58,286 bases of DNA from Anthoceros angustus (taxonomy: Eukaryota > Plantae > Anthocerotophyta), in contig VJWM01000331.1 of NCBI GenBank assembly GCA_010909165.1, positions 1 through 58,286 on the forward strand. Reading direction: 5' to 3'. Numbering within the stretch: position 1 is the stretch's first letter; every line of letters starts with the position of its first letter. The position numbers were made by a program, and so were the translations under genes. Under the pieces are notes generated by a model that was not told where the DNA came from, searched no databases, and saw only the letters and a list, made by a program, of their open reading frames with translations. Positions 11,602 through 24,300 of this stretch are shown here, piece after piece.

Positions 11602-12170
11602 GATGCTTGGACCCACATTTTCTTTCTACATTAAATATTCCTCATTATTTTATTGTGTCGTCAAAACAAGTTAACGTCATTTTCCTTTGAAATGAATGTG
11701 TTGTGTATTGGCTGATATGCATGTGTGTATGTCATAGACACTTATAAATGGGGTGCGTAACATACTGTAAGAGATGGTAGAACGTGCATAACATTATAGG
11801 CTATTTTATTCGCATATATCGATTTCACATATGTAAACTTTAAACAATGGCTCTGCATGATAAGGTTGCAACTGTGTGAGGCCTGCCGGCAGTATTGCTT
11901 GATCAGAGTGCATGTAGGGATCCATGATAGTACAGCACCTGGTTGCAACCTTGTTGTAGGTGCAGGCTGTAAGCATTGTGTGCGCAGTCAAGGCCGCCGG
12001 TAGCCCGATTCCAAGGTGTCACCTTCCCGCAGTTGTTTGCTAGAGAGCACGAAATTATAATTTATTGTTGCAACACTAGGCCCGGATCCTCCTCCCATAA
12101 GTGGTACTTGTGGTGGTACTTTCACTGACGGCCAACCGAGCGCACACCAATCCCGCGTCGTTGCAATATG

Positions 12171-12379
12171 TATGAAAAACCAGAGGCGCTGGATTTAAGT
12201 CAAGAAAGCTTGACATGATGTGGTATCACGAAGAACAAGTGCAAGCAAGCAGCCAGAATGCTTAGATAAAATAAAATAAGTGAGCATACACATAAAACGT
12301 AAATTGTAGTTTAAATAGTGTAAACCTAATGAACCCCATACGCCTAGGTTACACATATACTTAATGTATATTTTTCATA
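12171..12379 (-). repeat. Copia 3' LTR (209 bp)
   Basis: Direct repeat of 18348-18554. Differs by one substitution plus one short cluster (GCAAGCAAGCAGCCAG vs GCAAAAAGCGGCAG). Preceded on the minus strand by a short PPT, GTGGGAG. Confidence 0.96.
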
Positions 12380-13210
12380 CTCCCACATAACCTAGGCAGT
12401 ATGCATTTGCGAAAACGGGAAGTATAGTCCACGACAGAACGGGTTCATCAGTCTTCGTTTCACGAGCAGGGCACAGAAGCACAGCGGCGGCGGCAAACGC
12501 GTCTCAGCTACTTGCCATAGTCTTTATTACGATCGGCGTATGCTGCGCCATAATCCAGCGGCAAGGGTCGATGACGACGCGCAGTGGGGCACGCTACCAG
12601 CCCATAACAGACGATGATGGAGGCACTAGGATTGCAGTCTCTAGGAGGGAGAGAACAGCTAGGGCACATACAAACAGCACAGCGCCGCACAAAGCAAGGG
12701 AATGGAAGCCCTTCAATCTGCAGCACTTCATGAGAAGCTGCGGCTGGGAGGTAGAGATAGCGGCGGTGTGGTATGCAGTGCAAGCGAATCGGGCGGCCGA
12801 AGTGAAGGAGGAGGAGATTGTGTGGGCGCTGAACAAAGCCTATTGCAGACCCTCTCGAGGCATGAGTAAGGTGGCATGAGGCTATCGGGACTCACTACCC
12901 GGTGAAGGCGTGATAAAGGAAGAAGCGGAAGCGAAGAAGCGCAACTCCACATAAGGACAAAGGAAAGAGAGGCGCAAGATTAGGTGAGAAACACATGCTT
13001 CATCCATGCTCCCTCTTACTGAAAGCATGTCACAGTCATGTGACCGGTATCTTGTTTGTGATGTGTGCCACAGGGCTCACAGATGGGAAAAGTGGGAGAG
13101 ATGTACAGCAAAGGCTGAGATCTGGAAACCTAAATTATACTAGGCTTGAAGATCAGGAGACTTAGGTCCCCACCCCCTCCCCCCACATAGGTCAGAGAAG
13201 CTTAATACCT

Positions 13211-13486
13211 TCAGAGTAGATAGCTGAAGTCTCTGAGTCCCAAGGACTCCATATGTAATGAATGCTTCAGCTTTGGCAGTGCCTTTGTCAATATGTCTGT
13301 TATGAACATGTAGAATCTTAATAATTCCTCTTGATCAGTGTCTCTTATGTAGTGATGTTTAATCTCGAAGTGCTTCGTTCTTGCATGGAAAGCAGGATTA
13401 GCGACCAACGCGATGCATTTGTTGTCACATATACGACGGTGGGTTCCTTCGCAACATGGAGGTCTCTCAAGTAACCACGCTCCCAC
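13211..13486 (-). pseudogene. Copia RNase H remnant
   Basis: CDNKCIALVANPAFHARTKHFEIKHHYIRD...DILTKAL. Confidence 0.92.
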
Positions 13487-13899
13487 TCGGCCTCTTTTGC
13501 GAGAATCGATCAGCGATATGTACTCACCTCGATTGGCGAAAGGGCTATTGACATCTGTTTTTGCATGACCAATTCACGGCACCACGGCCGGAGGAAGCGG
13601 TATGTCGATGCTCTTCAGTGAGTTAGGGTCGGAAGCCCGATCGGCATCCGTATAAGCGAGATAGTGTGAGGCCGGAAGGCAAACCCGACTTGATAGAAGA
13701 GGCCAGCGTTGATGTCCCTTTGAGTAACGATTCGTTTTGAGCCCAATGCACTCGTCCGGGCTTCTCAAGAAATTGGGACACGAGCTATGAAAGCAATCTC
13801 TGGTCTTGTCCAATTGGAGATGTAAATGAGGCAGACGGCATGCACATGAGGATCTTCTCCATGTCGGCAAGTTCCTCGGCGGTGGTTGCACATTGGTCA

Positions 13900-14600
13900 G
13901 CGATTAACTTTACTCCCACAGGCACAGGTGGATCTTGGGCGCTTGATCAAGCTGAAATCTCCTCGATTATCTCGGTAAGGTATTTCTTCGGTGAATTACA
14001 ATCAGGCCTGTGTCCCTGTGACGTAGCACCTGGACACCTAGACAGAATTTTAAATCTCCCACATCCTTCATCTCAAATTCAGTTCTAAGCAAATTTTTAA
14101 CCTTTTCTAACATGTCAAAATTTGTGCAGGCAAAGATACAGTCATCTACATATATGGCTAGGATGCAAAAAGCTAAACCATCAACAAGGTAGTACACAGA
14201 AGAATCAGCAGCACTCTGGACGAAACCAAGACTCTTAAGGTGAGTGTCTAATCTCTTGTTCCACAGCATGGCACTTTGTTTGAGGCCATACAGGGCCCTA
14301 AGAAGCTTGAGTACCTTCCTTGGAAATTGTTTGTTGATGTAGCCTTGAATTCCATATATATCTCCTCTTCAATTTACATGTAAGAAGCGGTACATACATC
14401 CATTTGATGCGATTTGAGATTGAGCTCGTGACTATAGCGGATGATTCTAATCGGCTATCGACTACGGAGAAAAGGTCTCACAGTAGTCGAGGCCAGAACT
14501 TGACTAAAGCCCGTGCAGTCGAGCCTTATACAGCAATCTCACCTTTAGCATTTAGCTTAGTCTTGAAAACCCATTTATTCTGACTTGACCGGCAAGTCTG
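13900..14600 (-). pseudogene. Copia reverse transcriptase remnant (frameshifted)
   Basis: HQMDV, EEIYM, WNKRLDTHLKSLGF, LAIYVDD, EFEMKDVGDLKFCLG. Confidence 0.93.
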
Positions 14601-15235
14601 TGAGTACCCATGTTTTGTTTTTGAGTATGGGTGATATTCCTCCTCTCACTGACTTGATGGATGGGCGTCGGAGAGGCTTCATCCATGGAGCAGGTCCGGA
14701 TCTGAGAGGGCACTCCGGGGAGCAATGCCGGGGACAACCATGTGTCTTTGAAGAGCGATAGTCAATGGAAGAATAAGGTGGGTCTTTCCATTGGGAAGGA
14801 GGAGCCCATCTTAAAGGATACTGGTGAGGAACACACTGTGAGCAAAGCCTCCTCCTCCGAGATAGCGGGGATCTTCAAGGGGCTCAAGATGCAAGTCATA
14901 ATCAAGATCCGGTGGAGCAGGTATGGGTCGCGAGGCTCAATGATGGGTATGGAATCCGGAAGGATCGGCATCGGGAGGCGGGATCGGGGGATCTGGATTT
15001 GCAGGGCGGTCTTGGCATCTGGGTGAAGATTAGCGGGACCTTGAGGCCACCCAGGAAAGATAGATGGAGGAGTCTCAATGGAATCGGGGAAAGACTCATC
15101 ATCGGAGGAATCCAGATCGGTGCACTTGACGAGGAGGCGAGGCAGTTCTTTGAAAACAATCGTGCAAGAAAAGGGGTAAGAGTGGTGGGTCTATCGGCTT
15201 GTAGGCTTTAGCCTCATCTCCATATCCTACAAAGA

Positions 15236-15990
15236 TTAATGCCCTTGATCATCATCTAACCCGGCGTTTTTACGGTGGGATATAGGCGTGGCGGTGGGGC
15301 CAAAAACTTTGAGGTCTTTGTATGCTAGGTTTCCGTCCCAAAATTGCTCAAAAGGAGTCTTACCTTGAAGTGAAGTAGTGAGAAGACGGTTTAGAATGTA
15401 GGTAGCTATTAGGGCTTCTGCCCAGTACTCAGGGGGCAATGATGCCCATCTCAACATGCTGCGGGTCATACCCATGAGAGTCTGGTTCTTCCTCTCGGCA
15501 ACCCCGTTTTGCTGTGGGGTATAAGCAACGGTGAGTTGACGAAGGATACCATTTTCCTGGAGGAAATCATCAAAGGTACGGTTGCAGAATTCAGTTCCAT
15601 TGTCAGTTCGCAAACATTTGAGTAAACAGCCTGACTGTCTCTGGGCCATGAGGATCCATTCCTTGAAACATGTGAAGGTATCACTCTTACGGGACATGGT
15701 ATAGGTCCAAGTAAAACGACTGAAGTCATCGGTTATTGTAAGATAGTACCATGCTCCTCCTAAAGATTGTGTTTGCAATTTACCAGATATGTCAGCGTGA
15801 ACCAAGTCAAGGAGGCCTGAAGTTCTGAAGGCATGGTGTGGAAAAGGCTTCTCTTTTTGCTTCGCCAAAAGGCAGGCCTCGCAGATGGGCAAGTCTTTGA
15901 AACATAAAATGGTAATTCCATATATGATCCTGGGAACATTTTATTAGTGAATTCTTGTTGACATGCCCAAAGCGAGCATGCCATAACCCT
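15236..15990 (-). pseudogene. Copia GAG-pre-integrase + integrase core
   Basis: LWHARFGH; CEACLLAKQ; LDLVHADI; TDDFSRFTW; LRTDNGTEF; TPQQNGVAERKNQTL; YWAEA. Confidence 0.95.
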
Positions 15991-16199
15991 TTGTTCACTT
16001 GCAGGCAAATGTCTTTGGAGAAGTTGATGCGATGACATGACTCGATGGGAACTTCACAAGTCACATCCGATCGGTAAAGCTCGTCGGGGACTCCGGCCAA
16101 TGCACCCCATTCCTTTGGAGGAGAAGACTTCACAAGTTGTCCCATAGAAGCGGAACTCTAGGTTGTGTTGGATTGCCAGGAGTCGGACGGACGGCAGAT

Positions 16200-17365
16200 T
16201 CTTCGCCATTCGGTACATAAAGAATGCACACATGCGACCTTGAATTATCAGCCATAAGAAAGCAGCGGTGCAGATCCACTGGATGGGTAAGCTCGTTGAA
16301 CGTCGTTCGTCACCCGGCGGACAGCTGAGTCGAAACTTCCTTGAGCTGGAAATTGTTTGTCTTTAAATATTAATGCGATTGCGCTGAATCTAGGTACCGG
16401 TGCCGGGGCGCTCGATGATGAGGAGAGACAGATGGTGAGAATCTTGACCACTGCTTTTCCATTCTCATTTTGAGATCTTTCTTTCGCAACTGTGTTAACC
16501 TCTGGCTTGGGACGACGGGGCTCGCCTGCCTTCTTTTTGCGGCAATCCCTCTCCCAGTGCCCTGGCACGTTGCACCAATTGCAGCTACCAGGTTTCTTGG
16601 TTGAGGAAGAAGATGAACCAGCAGTGGTCGGACGACCTGAGAATGCTGGTCGTCCTCCTCTTCCTCGCCCTCTCCAAGAACCTCCACGCTGGCGTGAGGT
16701 GTAGAGGACTCTGTCTGTCCGAACCTTTCCAGAGCCACCTGGATTGTGTCGAAGTCGACTCTGCTCTTCTTGATACAACGCAGATATCACATTCTCAAAG
16801 GTTCCACAGTTCCAGTGCCACGTTACGGCTATGTAGCCCCATTTTGTAGTGACACAAAGTTTGGTATGATGCGGGAAGACTAAGCGGTGAGCAATAGCAT
16901 CCTCTTGATCATTTTGGTGTTCAAGAGCAAGGCGGGAGGCGAAGATGTGAAATTTGCTTGTGGGCAGCCACACTTCACCCTCCCGCATCTTCAAAGTGTA
17001 GAACTCCTGTGTCTTTGCACACTTGGTAAGCATCGTCTTGGACATATGTATTGATTCCAAACTTCATGGGCTTTGGTCAAAGATTCCATATCTGGAATGA
17101 GAACTTCATCAAGTCCGTGGATCAAGAGAGCAAGAGCAACACTGTTGACTGAGTTCCATTTGTCAACATCAGCTTGTGTTATAGTGGTTCCAGTTGCAGT
17201 CACTCCAGCAGAAGGAAAAACTGGTTCCGCGTAAGATCCATCCACGACTCCCCATACTCCTCTTGCACGCAGAGTGGTCATCATACGTACACGCCATATG
17301 TCAAATTTCGTTCCATTGAATCTGTCTTGTGTTTTCAATTCTGCTGTAAAGGTTGGAGCGACCAT
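16200..17365 (-). pseudogene. gag: Copia gag + degenerate aspartic protease
   Basis: FNGTKFDIWRVRM...GVWGVVDG (DUF4219-like); CNWCNVPGHWERDC knuckle; protease traces FDSA..., ADNS, LYVPN..KNL. Confidence 0.88.
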
Positions 17366-18336
17366 CTTGTGAGATGGAACTGGTTGTATAAGCGGAGTTG
17401 AAAGGGAAAAAGAAGGTGGATTGGGAGGCGGTGGTGGATTGGATGGAGATAGACTCTAGGTGGAGCGTGGTGGGCTTGGAGGTGTCCTAAAAGCCCAAAA
17501 CCGTCTCTGAAATATGTATGGAGATAAAGGAAGCTAAAGAGGTAGTCTCTAGCGAGACATACATAAATACAAAACCACCATAGGCAGGCGTTATCTAAAG
17601 AAAACTCTTTTAGGGTTTCATTTGGCTTTTAGCGAACTAGAAAAGACCAACTAACTCTTGACTTCTTTTCTAGGGCATGGATGGCTTGAAAAGCGGTTAC
17701 TAGCGGTCTTGAGCCGGTGAGCGAGAAAAGGGGTAAGCGCGGGAAACCCCGAACCATCACCATGCTAGAAAAAGCAGGTTAGATCAATCGACCGCTCCTC
17801 CTCGGAGGGCGTAATGTGATATTCGAGATCTGCTTGTCGGTCCTTCAATTTGAAAATCTAACAAATAGTTTATGAATTTTAAAATCTGTTGAGTCCAGCC
17901 TCATAGAAAAAGATTGTTGTCTACGGACAGCAGCGTTTAAAATTCCTTCCAAATTACGTACCTCGGTGAATATCACGCAATGTGTTTTAGATGTCTTGGT
18001 ATCTCCGTCTGAGGCTGCGAGAGAGATCGCCTAACAGGCGGTTTTGCTGAACAGTGATCTTGTTTGAACAATCGTCCACAACTGGTACAAGTGGATGTTG
18101 TAGCGATTCGTGTAGATTTTGATGTGAAGTATTGCGGCCTTGACACGCCAATAATTCTCGAGGATCAATTGATCACGTTCGACCTTTGTCTCAACCCATC
18201 CGAGGATCTTTGGTTGGAATACGAGGAGGTCTTTAGAAAACTGGCCTTGAGAAGGTCTTTGCAAATCCTCCTCTTCCACGAATCCACAATTCGATTTATT
18301 CCTCGGCATTGCAACTTTCACATGTTCGACGCATGT

Positions 18337-18347
18337 GCTCGATACCA
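18337..18347 (-). promoter_or_regulatory. Copia PBS (tRNA-iMet-like) TGGTATCGAGC
   Basis: Directly follows the 5' LTR end; the canonical form is TGGTATCAGAGC. Confidence 0.9.
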
Positions 18348-18554
18348 TATGAAAAACCAGAGGCGCTGGATTTAAGTCAAGAAAGCTTGACATGATGTGG
18401 TGTCACGAAGAACAAGTGCAAAAAGCGGCAGAATGCTTAGATAAAATAAAATAAGTGAGCATACACATAAAACGTAAATTGTAGTTTAAATAGTGTAAAC
18501 CTAATGAACCCCATACGCCTAGGTTACACATATACTTAATGTATATTTTTCATA
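18348..18554 (-). repeat. Copia 5' LTR (207 bp)
   Basis: Direct repeat of 12171-12379; PBS on one side and TSD on the other. Confidence 0.96.
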
Positions 18555-18869
18555 ATATGAGGCAAGAAGGAAGGCCGAAGCTCTCGGCCGGATTGAGGAA
18601 GGGAAACGCCGGGAGGCTGAGAGGAGTCCGTTCCCAAGGGAATGACTTGTTCCGTTTATACACGTCCGTTACTCAACACGCTCAGCGGTGTTAAGGAAGA
18701 TGGCCTACCTAAGGCCGCTTATCGCAACGCGTTTGTTTTCCATCCTCTAACCGCTCTACTCGTTCACCGTACAGGCCCGGGATGGCCAAACGTTTAAGGA
18801 CCCATTTGCGTCCAGCGTCTTTGCTTTTCTCCTCATTTGCCCTTGTGCTTGCCCGTCAGCGGCATACGA

Positions 18870-19146
18870 TGAGAATCATAGCTGCTCTAGGTAGCAAAAC
18901 ATAGCAAGCAGATAGTAGAAAGCTTTGCACAAAAAGAGTTGTATGCATTGATAATAATAGAAAGTACAAAGCCTTTATATAGGCTAAGTGGTTACAACCA
19001 TAAGGTGGTTGTAACCATAAGTAGTTCTAACCTCTAAGTGGTTGTAACAACTAACTACTCAATAAACTACCTAAAGCCCTAAGAACTAAATTAATTAATA
19101 GTCTTAGGTTCCCTAGTGAAGAGTGCCCTAAATAGGTCATATTTCA
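18870..19146 (-). repeat. Probable 3' LTR of another, truncated LTR element (~277 bp)
   Basis: Minus-strand termini TGAAATA...ATTCTCA, upstream purine tract AGTGAGTGGGAGTGA, and internal TATA GCCTATATAAAGGC (18971-18984). No partner LTR in the window. Confidence 0.55.
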
Positions 19147-21349
19147 TCACTCCCACTCACTATGAACTAGGTGTGAAGAAATGGCTTCAAAATAAGCCTA
19201 ATAAGGCTAGTTAGCTCCCACTAACTTGAAAGCTATCCACTAAGGAAAACAATTAAAAACTGGCTTAAGTTACATTTAAGCAGAATTTAATGTAATCAAA
19301 ATTAATTACCAAAAACTTAATTAGGAAATGGTAAATTCCTAAACAAGGTAAAAAGATAAAAGTAAAACTTAAACTAGGTTAATCTTAAACCTGAAAGAGG
19401 TAAAAGGTGAAAAACCCATTAAATGGGCAACGGCCCGGGCCATATGATGGCCGTCCGTATGCCCATGGGGGGGGGCCATACCGTTATGTACCCTCCCCCC
19501 CTCATACGGTTTTATTCCGTCGTCGTCATCACGCTCCTTCGCGCTCCTCGCTCCTGTCGCGCTCTCCTGCTCAAAGAAAGGTCCTTGGCCATGGCCCATG
19601 TAAAATCAGTGCGGGGAAGGCGCGCGTCCGTCGGAGGACGCCGTCCCCGGCGCCCCGCGCCGCCATCTGTTGGAACCCCGTGCACGCAGGGTTGGAGAAG
19701 AATGGACACCGGCCTACCTGCAGCAGGAAGAAGGAATTGGGAGGCGGCCTGGGAGGGATCGCGCCCCTCTGAGAGCGCCCCCTCACGGCGTGCCACAGTG
19801 ATCTCTGCACCTCCCCTGGATTCCCACATTTGTTGAGAGTCCACCACAATTTCCTGGTGGTAGGAAGTGGTCTGGCACTCACGTTGATGTTGAAGTCACC
19901 CTTGGAGAGATGGAGGTCGTCCCTGGTCTTTGGAGGGCCTTGATTGATGTGTCTTTGCCAATGCGGGAGTACCTCACTCAGGCCGGGAAATTGGAGAAAG
20001 ATACTGCCCCCATGTCTTGTCTTAATTTGTTGAAAGTGCCTGCTGCCAATCCCAAGCCTAGGCCTGCTCCAAATGCGCAAGTCACCACGGTGTTGAGGAA
20101 GATTCCAGAAAGTTCTTGTGGAGAAGAAATCGCCTGAAATTGCTCTCTCTGACTCAACTGCCTTGGAAGAGTGTTCATGGAAGAGCTTCCCTGCTTCTGC
20201 TGATGGAGACGAGGCTGAAATTTCAAGTAAGGCACCCCCTGATTGTGTGTAATAAGGTGTCAACCCCTGTCATGAAGGGGAGGCACCTTAGAGCAGGATG
20301 AAGAATGCCTCCCCCCACCCCCCCTTTTTGTAAGGAAGAGACACCAAGTTGTAAGCCCGTTTGTGGGCATCTTCAAATGACCATTTTCCGGTTCAAAATA
20401 TCAAGGAGGTCTGCGTCACGGCTAGCGGATCTCGCAGGATCCAGGGAGGAGGATGAAGGCCCGGTGATAGCACAGGCGGCGCGGCGGCAGGAAGAAAGGA
20501 GCCCGAGAGGAGGGACATGGCGGGCGCCACTGGGAGGTAAGTCTTCCGCACCCTTCTGGAAGGAAGGAGGGGCCCAGAGGGCCATAGAAGGAGAAGTCAC
20601 AGGAGGACTTGGGACGACGTGGAGGTCCGGTGGGAGGATGGACCCCAGAGTCATGAGAGAAGAAGCCCAAGGACCGAGTCCGGGACTCGAAAAAAGGCGG
20701 ACCGAGGTCCGGACCCAGTCGAGACCGGACCGAGGTCCGGACTCGAAAATAAGGCGGACCACGAGGTCCGGACTCCAGAAGTCCGGACCGAGGTGCAGGG
20801 CGATCAGGCGGACCCCAGGTCCGGACTCGGGAGGCAGGGAAAGTCCTCACCGACACCTCGGGAGGGGCAACCTCCTAGGGGCCCGAGGCAGGGGCCCACC
20901 AGCGAGGAAGGTGAGGAGGATTTGGTGGTGACCTTAGTGAACATGCTATTGATGAAGGGGTGAATAGAACCCCTTACGGTTGAACGAAACCTCCTTCACT
21001 AATAACACATGGTTCCAAAAACCGTGTTTTTTCTGATTTCGGTGTCCCATACCATGGACAATGATTCCTCTTGAATCGCGGTTTGTGAAACAACAAAACG
21101 GAAGGAAGGGTCGAGGCGGCTGGCGGCGCCAGTAGTCAAAGTAGTGCGTTTGTGCGATGATCCATTTCCACAACGACAAGAGGCCTAGTAATAACACAAC
21201 AAAACTAGGTATGGAGTGCGTTGACTCAAGCGGTTGGAGACCATCCACATTTTAAGGTTCCGCCAAAATTGACCACTAGACGGACAATAGTTCACACAAA
21301 GCGTCTACACGTGGGCTAACGTGACTCAACCGGTGCTTGCGACGAATCA

Positions 21350-24300
21350 TAAACTACAGTTCCGTATCCTCAAGTTCTTCCTCGCCGAAAGTGTCGACTT
21401 CAACCAAAGCCCTCGAGTCCTCGTTCCCATACATGTCTTCATCATTACCATCGCCCCATGCGCGTTCGAGTGTTTGTTGGCCAGCAACTCGCCGATCTTG
21501 CTCTTATTCCGGCACTCAAAGAAACCACTTGTGCTTTCAAGGAGTCCTTCTCGCTAATACAAACCTCCTTTGCCCAGGCGCAAGTCCTCTCCGGTGGGAG
21601 CTTCAAAATTCAACTCCTCAAGCTGCATGGGAGCACCTCAAATCCATGAATTCTTTGTGAAATATAACGCATCTCAAGTCGGCCTCGATGGCGATACAAC
21701 TCCTTCACGCAAGTAACGCTGCCAATAAAGTTGTATGCGCTCCCGAGCATGCATCCACAACCCAATCTCCCTCTTTGGAAGGTTGTAATAAGTCTCATCA
21801 TCAACCCTAGTGGTCTCTGGTAGGCGGACCACCAACTTGTCATGTGACATGTAAACTTATTTTTGACAAGCGTATGTGAGCAATGACGGACCTTCCATTG
21901 TTGAAAGTTCTGCATAGCATTTGGTAGCATTGCAATTACATCCTTTGCTCCCATCCTTGAGACCCCAAGATAGTTATGTATTCCACAGTCTCAAATCCAC
22001 CCCTGTCATTGTTCATGTTTGTCTTGTCCCATACGAACGACACCAAGCCCCCTTTCCTGCTCCACTTTCTCATTGATTCTCTAATTGTATGTGCCTTCTC
22101 CACTCCATGCATCACAATCATCCTCAGTTCATCGCTAGTGGTCTTCTCAGCAAAGCTTTCCAATTGTTTATCTCGAAAATAAAATGCTGGAAGTCAGCTG
22201 GGAGTTTTGTCAGCACTTCGATGTCTTTCAGTACTGCGAATCGATCGTTAGTCATTGTCAGAGGCGCCCGGCGGCCCTCTTCCGTGTTGGATTGAAGGCG
22301 GCTGCGCCCTACAAACCCTATGAAGCGGTGAGGGCACCCGGCAGTGCACTTTCATCAAACATAGACGGGGGCGGTGCGGGCGCCGGCGGCCGGCGCCACA
22401 GCATCGATCCCGGTCCTGTCAAGCGAAAAAAAACTTGATGCGGACATACCTTTCCGGAGAAGGTGTTTGGAATCGTGCTAGCATATTGTAGTAGAATGTG
22501 AAGGATACTCCTCGCGCACCTCTTCAAATGACGAGCAGCCCAGATGCTTCACCATTGCTACTTGTATGATATGAAATTTTTTTCGAAGTGTGATCTCTTC
22601 CTCCATCCCTTGGATCTATCGGTCAGTTAACACCTTCTCAGTGGCGCTTATCAGTATTTGTTGGCCACACTCTCCAAGTGGTATTCCCTGAAAAGATTTC
22701 CATGGCTTGGCCAACATGTCTCTAGGCTTGACGTACACACTATCAACACTGCTTGGTCATCCATGTTGCCTTTCCCTTTCTTGCTTGTCCCCAGAGCGTG
22801 TTTCTTACGTGCAGAAGCTCTCCTGCTTCCCATTTGGAAAAATCTTGTCCACATTCTCCACACCTTCCCATCACCTTAGCAATACAGAATGTGGGTCCGA
22901 TTGTCCACTTTGTTACCTTGTACACGTCGTCCTCCCCCTTCATCGTCTTCAATCAAACCTAGGACTTTATGCAGTTGTATTTCCGGGACATGGTCATTTG
23001 CACTTCTTCCCTCTTTGCGATGATCAACTCGTCCCTTAAATACGACTTGCTCTATAAAGTTCATCTTCTTTCTCGGACATCATATTGTGATCTTGCAAGC
23101 ACCGCATCTCATGCAGTAAGCCCACAATACACATGTGCTTCAACATATTGGAACCGCTTCTTTCGGGTGAGATATCCGATAAGTGCTTCATAGCTGCGTG
23201 GGTGTGGTTACCACCAAGAACTCCCATGACATACTTCTTTGCACGCCATTGCTTCCGATCCGGCTTGCTCGGATCGGCACACTCGCTCGGATCAATCATA
23301 CACAAAAGAGGCGAACTCCCTCCTCTATCAGCCCTTCGCTATAACACGGGCAAGATAGTTTGCCAAGCCTCATCAACCCTCCGGATCTGCGGCGTGCGGG
23401 TAATGCTTCGGTCTCAAGTTCTCCAACTTCACTAACCTTTCTGCACCACCTTCTTGGTGTCGAGAATCCCTTGCGAGTCAATGGATCTGCATCCCTCATA
23501 GCCTCTTCCAACCTTTCCTCGTCGGTTTGAATATGAACTGTGGTTATGTCCCCTCCAATGGCATCTTCTCTTCCACCCTTCTTTGCCTTTTTGGTTTTCC
23601 TTCCAAATTCTCCGTCCCCGCTGTGTGTGCGGCTGCTTCCTGCACTTCCCTTGCCCTTGCGCCTGCCACTCGAGGCTGCTACAGTCGTTTCGGGGCATGA
23701 AGGTTGAGGAGGGGCGCCGGCCGGCCGGCGCTCCTCCTCTTCTGCCTCCATACCCACATCCCCTGCATCCGCCATGTCCTCTTCTCCAGGACGAACTGCC
23801 TTACGACCGGTGCCATCTTGCTCTCTTCCCTGTGTGGTGGGAGGATTCGAGGCGCCCGGCCGGCCGCCCACCTTCCTTGAATCTTATAAACCGGTCCGGA
23901 TCGCGTTGGCGGCTCTTGGGGAACACGAAGATGACTAGGCGGCCAGGCGCCCGCGCATCCGGGTCATATTGCATGGTGGGAACCATAGCGGAAGTCGGAG
24001 TTTAGATTGGGAAGGTCCTCGGCATCTCTCCGATTCCTGTGCCCCGGATCCTTGTCAATGCTTGACCAGGTAAAGCCCCATCTTCCTCTCGATGGGCCAA
24101 GCTCACTCTCCTCATGATCTTCTTCCATACCTTCCACCACATCACCAGTTCTACGTATGGGCTTGGGCTCGGCGCATAGACATTTCCTCTTGTGGGCCCT
24201 CATAGTTTGTGTAATCTTTTGCAGATAGCTCGTATGAGTGCCCTCGCAACTAGTGGTGCACGGAAGATGGTAGGAAAAACATATCCACAATGTCGTTGAC

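Larger units (their letters stand above)
12171..18554 (-). mobile_element. Full-length Ty1/Copia LTR retrotransposon, non-canonical TATG...CATA termini, TSD ATATG
   Basis: LTRs at 12171-12379 and 18348-18554; ATATG at 12166-12170 and 18555-18559; PBS TGGTATCGAGC (iMet-like); domain order gag-PR-INT-RT-RH. Confidence 0.96.

Noticed and set aside
11742-12165. Small Cys-containing ORFs left of the Copia as a secreted peptide gene
   Set aside because: No signal peptide, splice structure or family motif; 12066-12165 more likely belongs to an LTR fragment continuing at 18560.
16140-16400. Apparent absence of protease in the Copia element
   Set aside because: Degenerate protease traces (FDSA, ADNS, LYVPN..KNL) are present across frameshifts.
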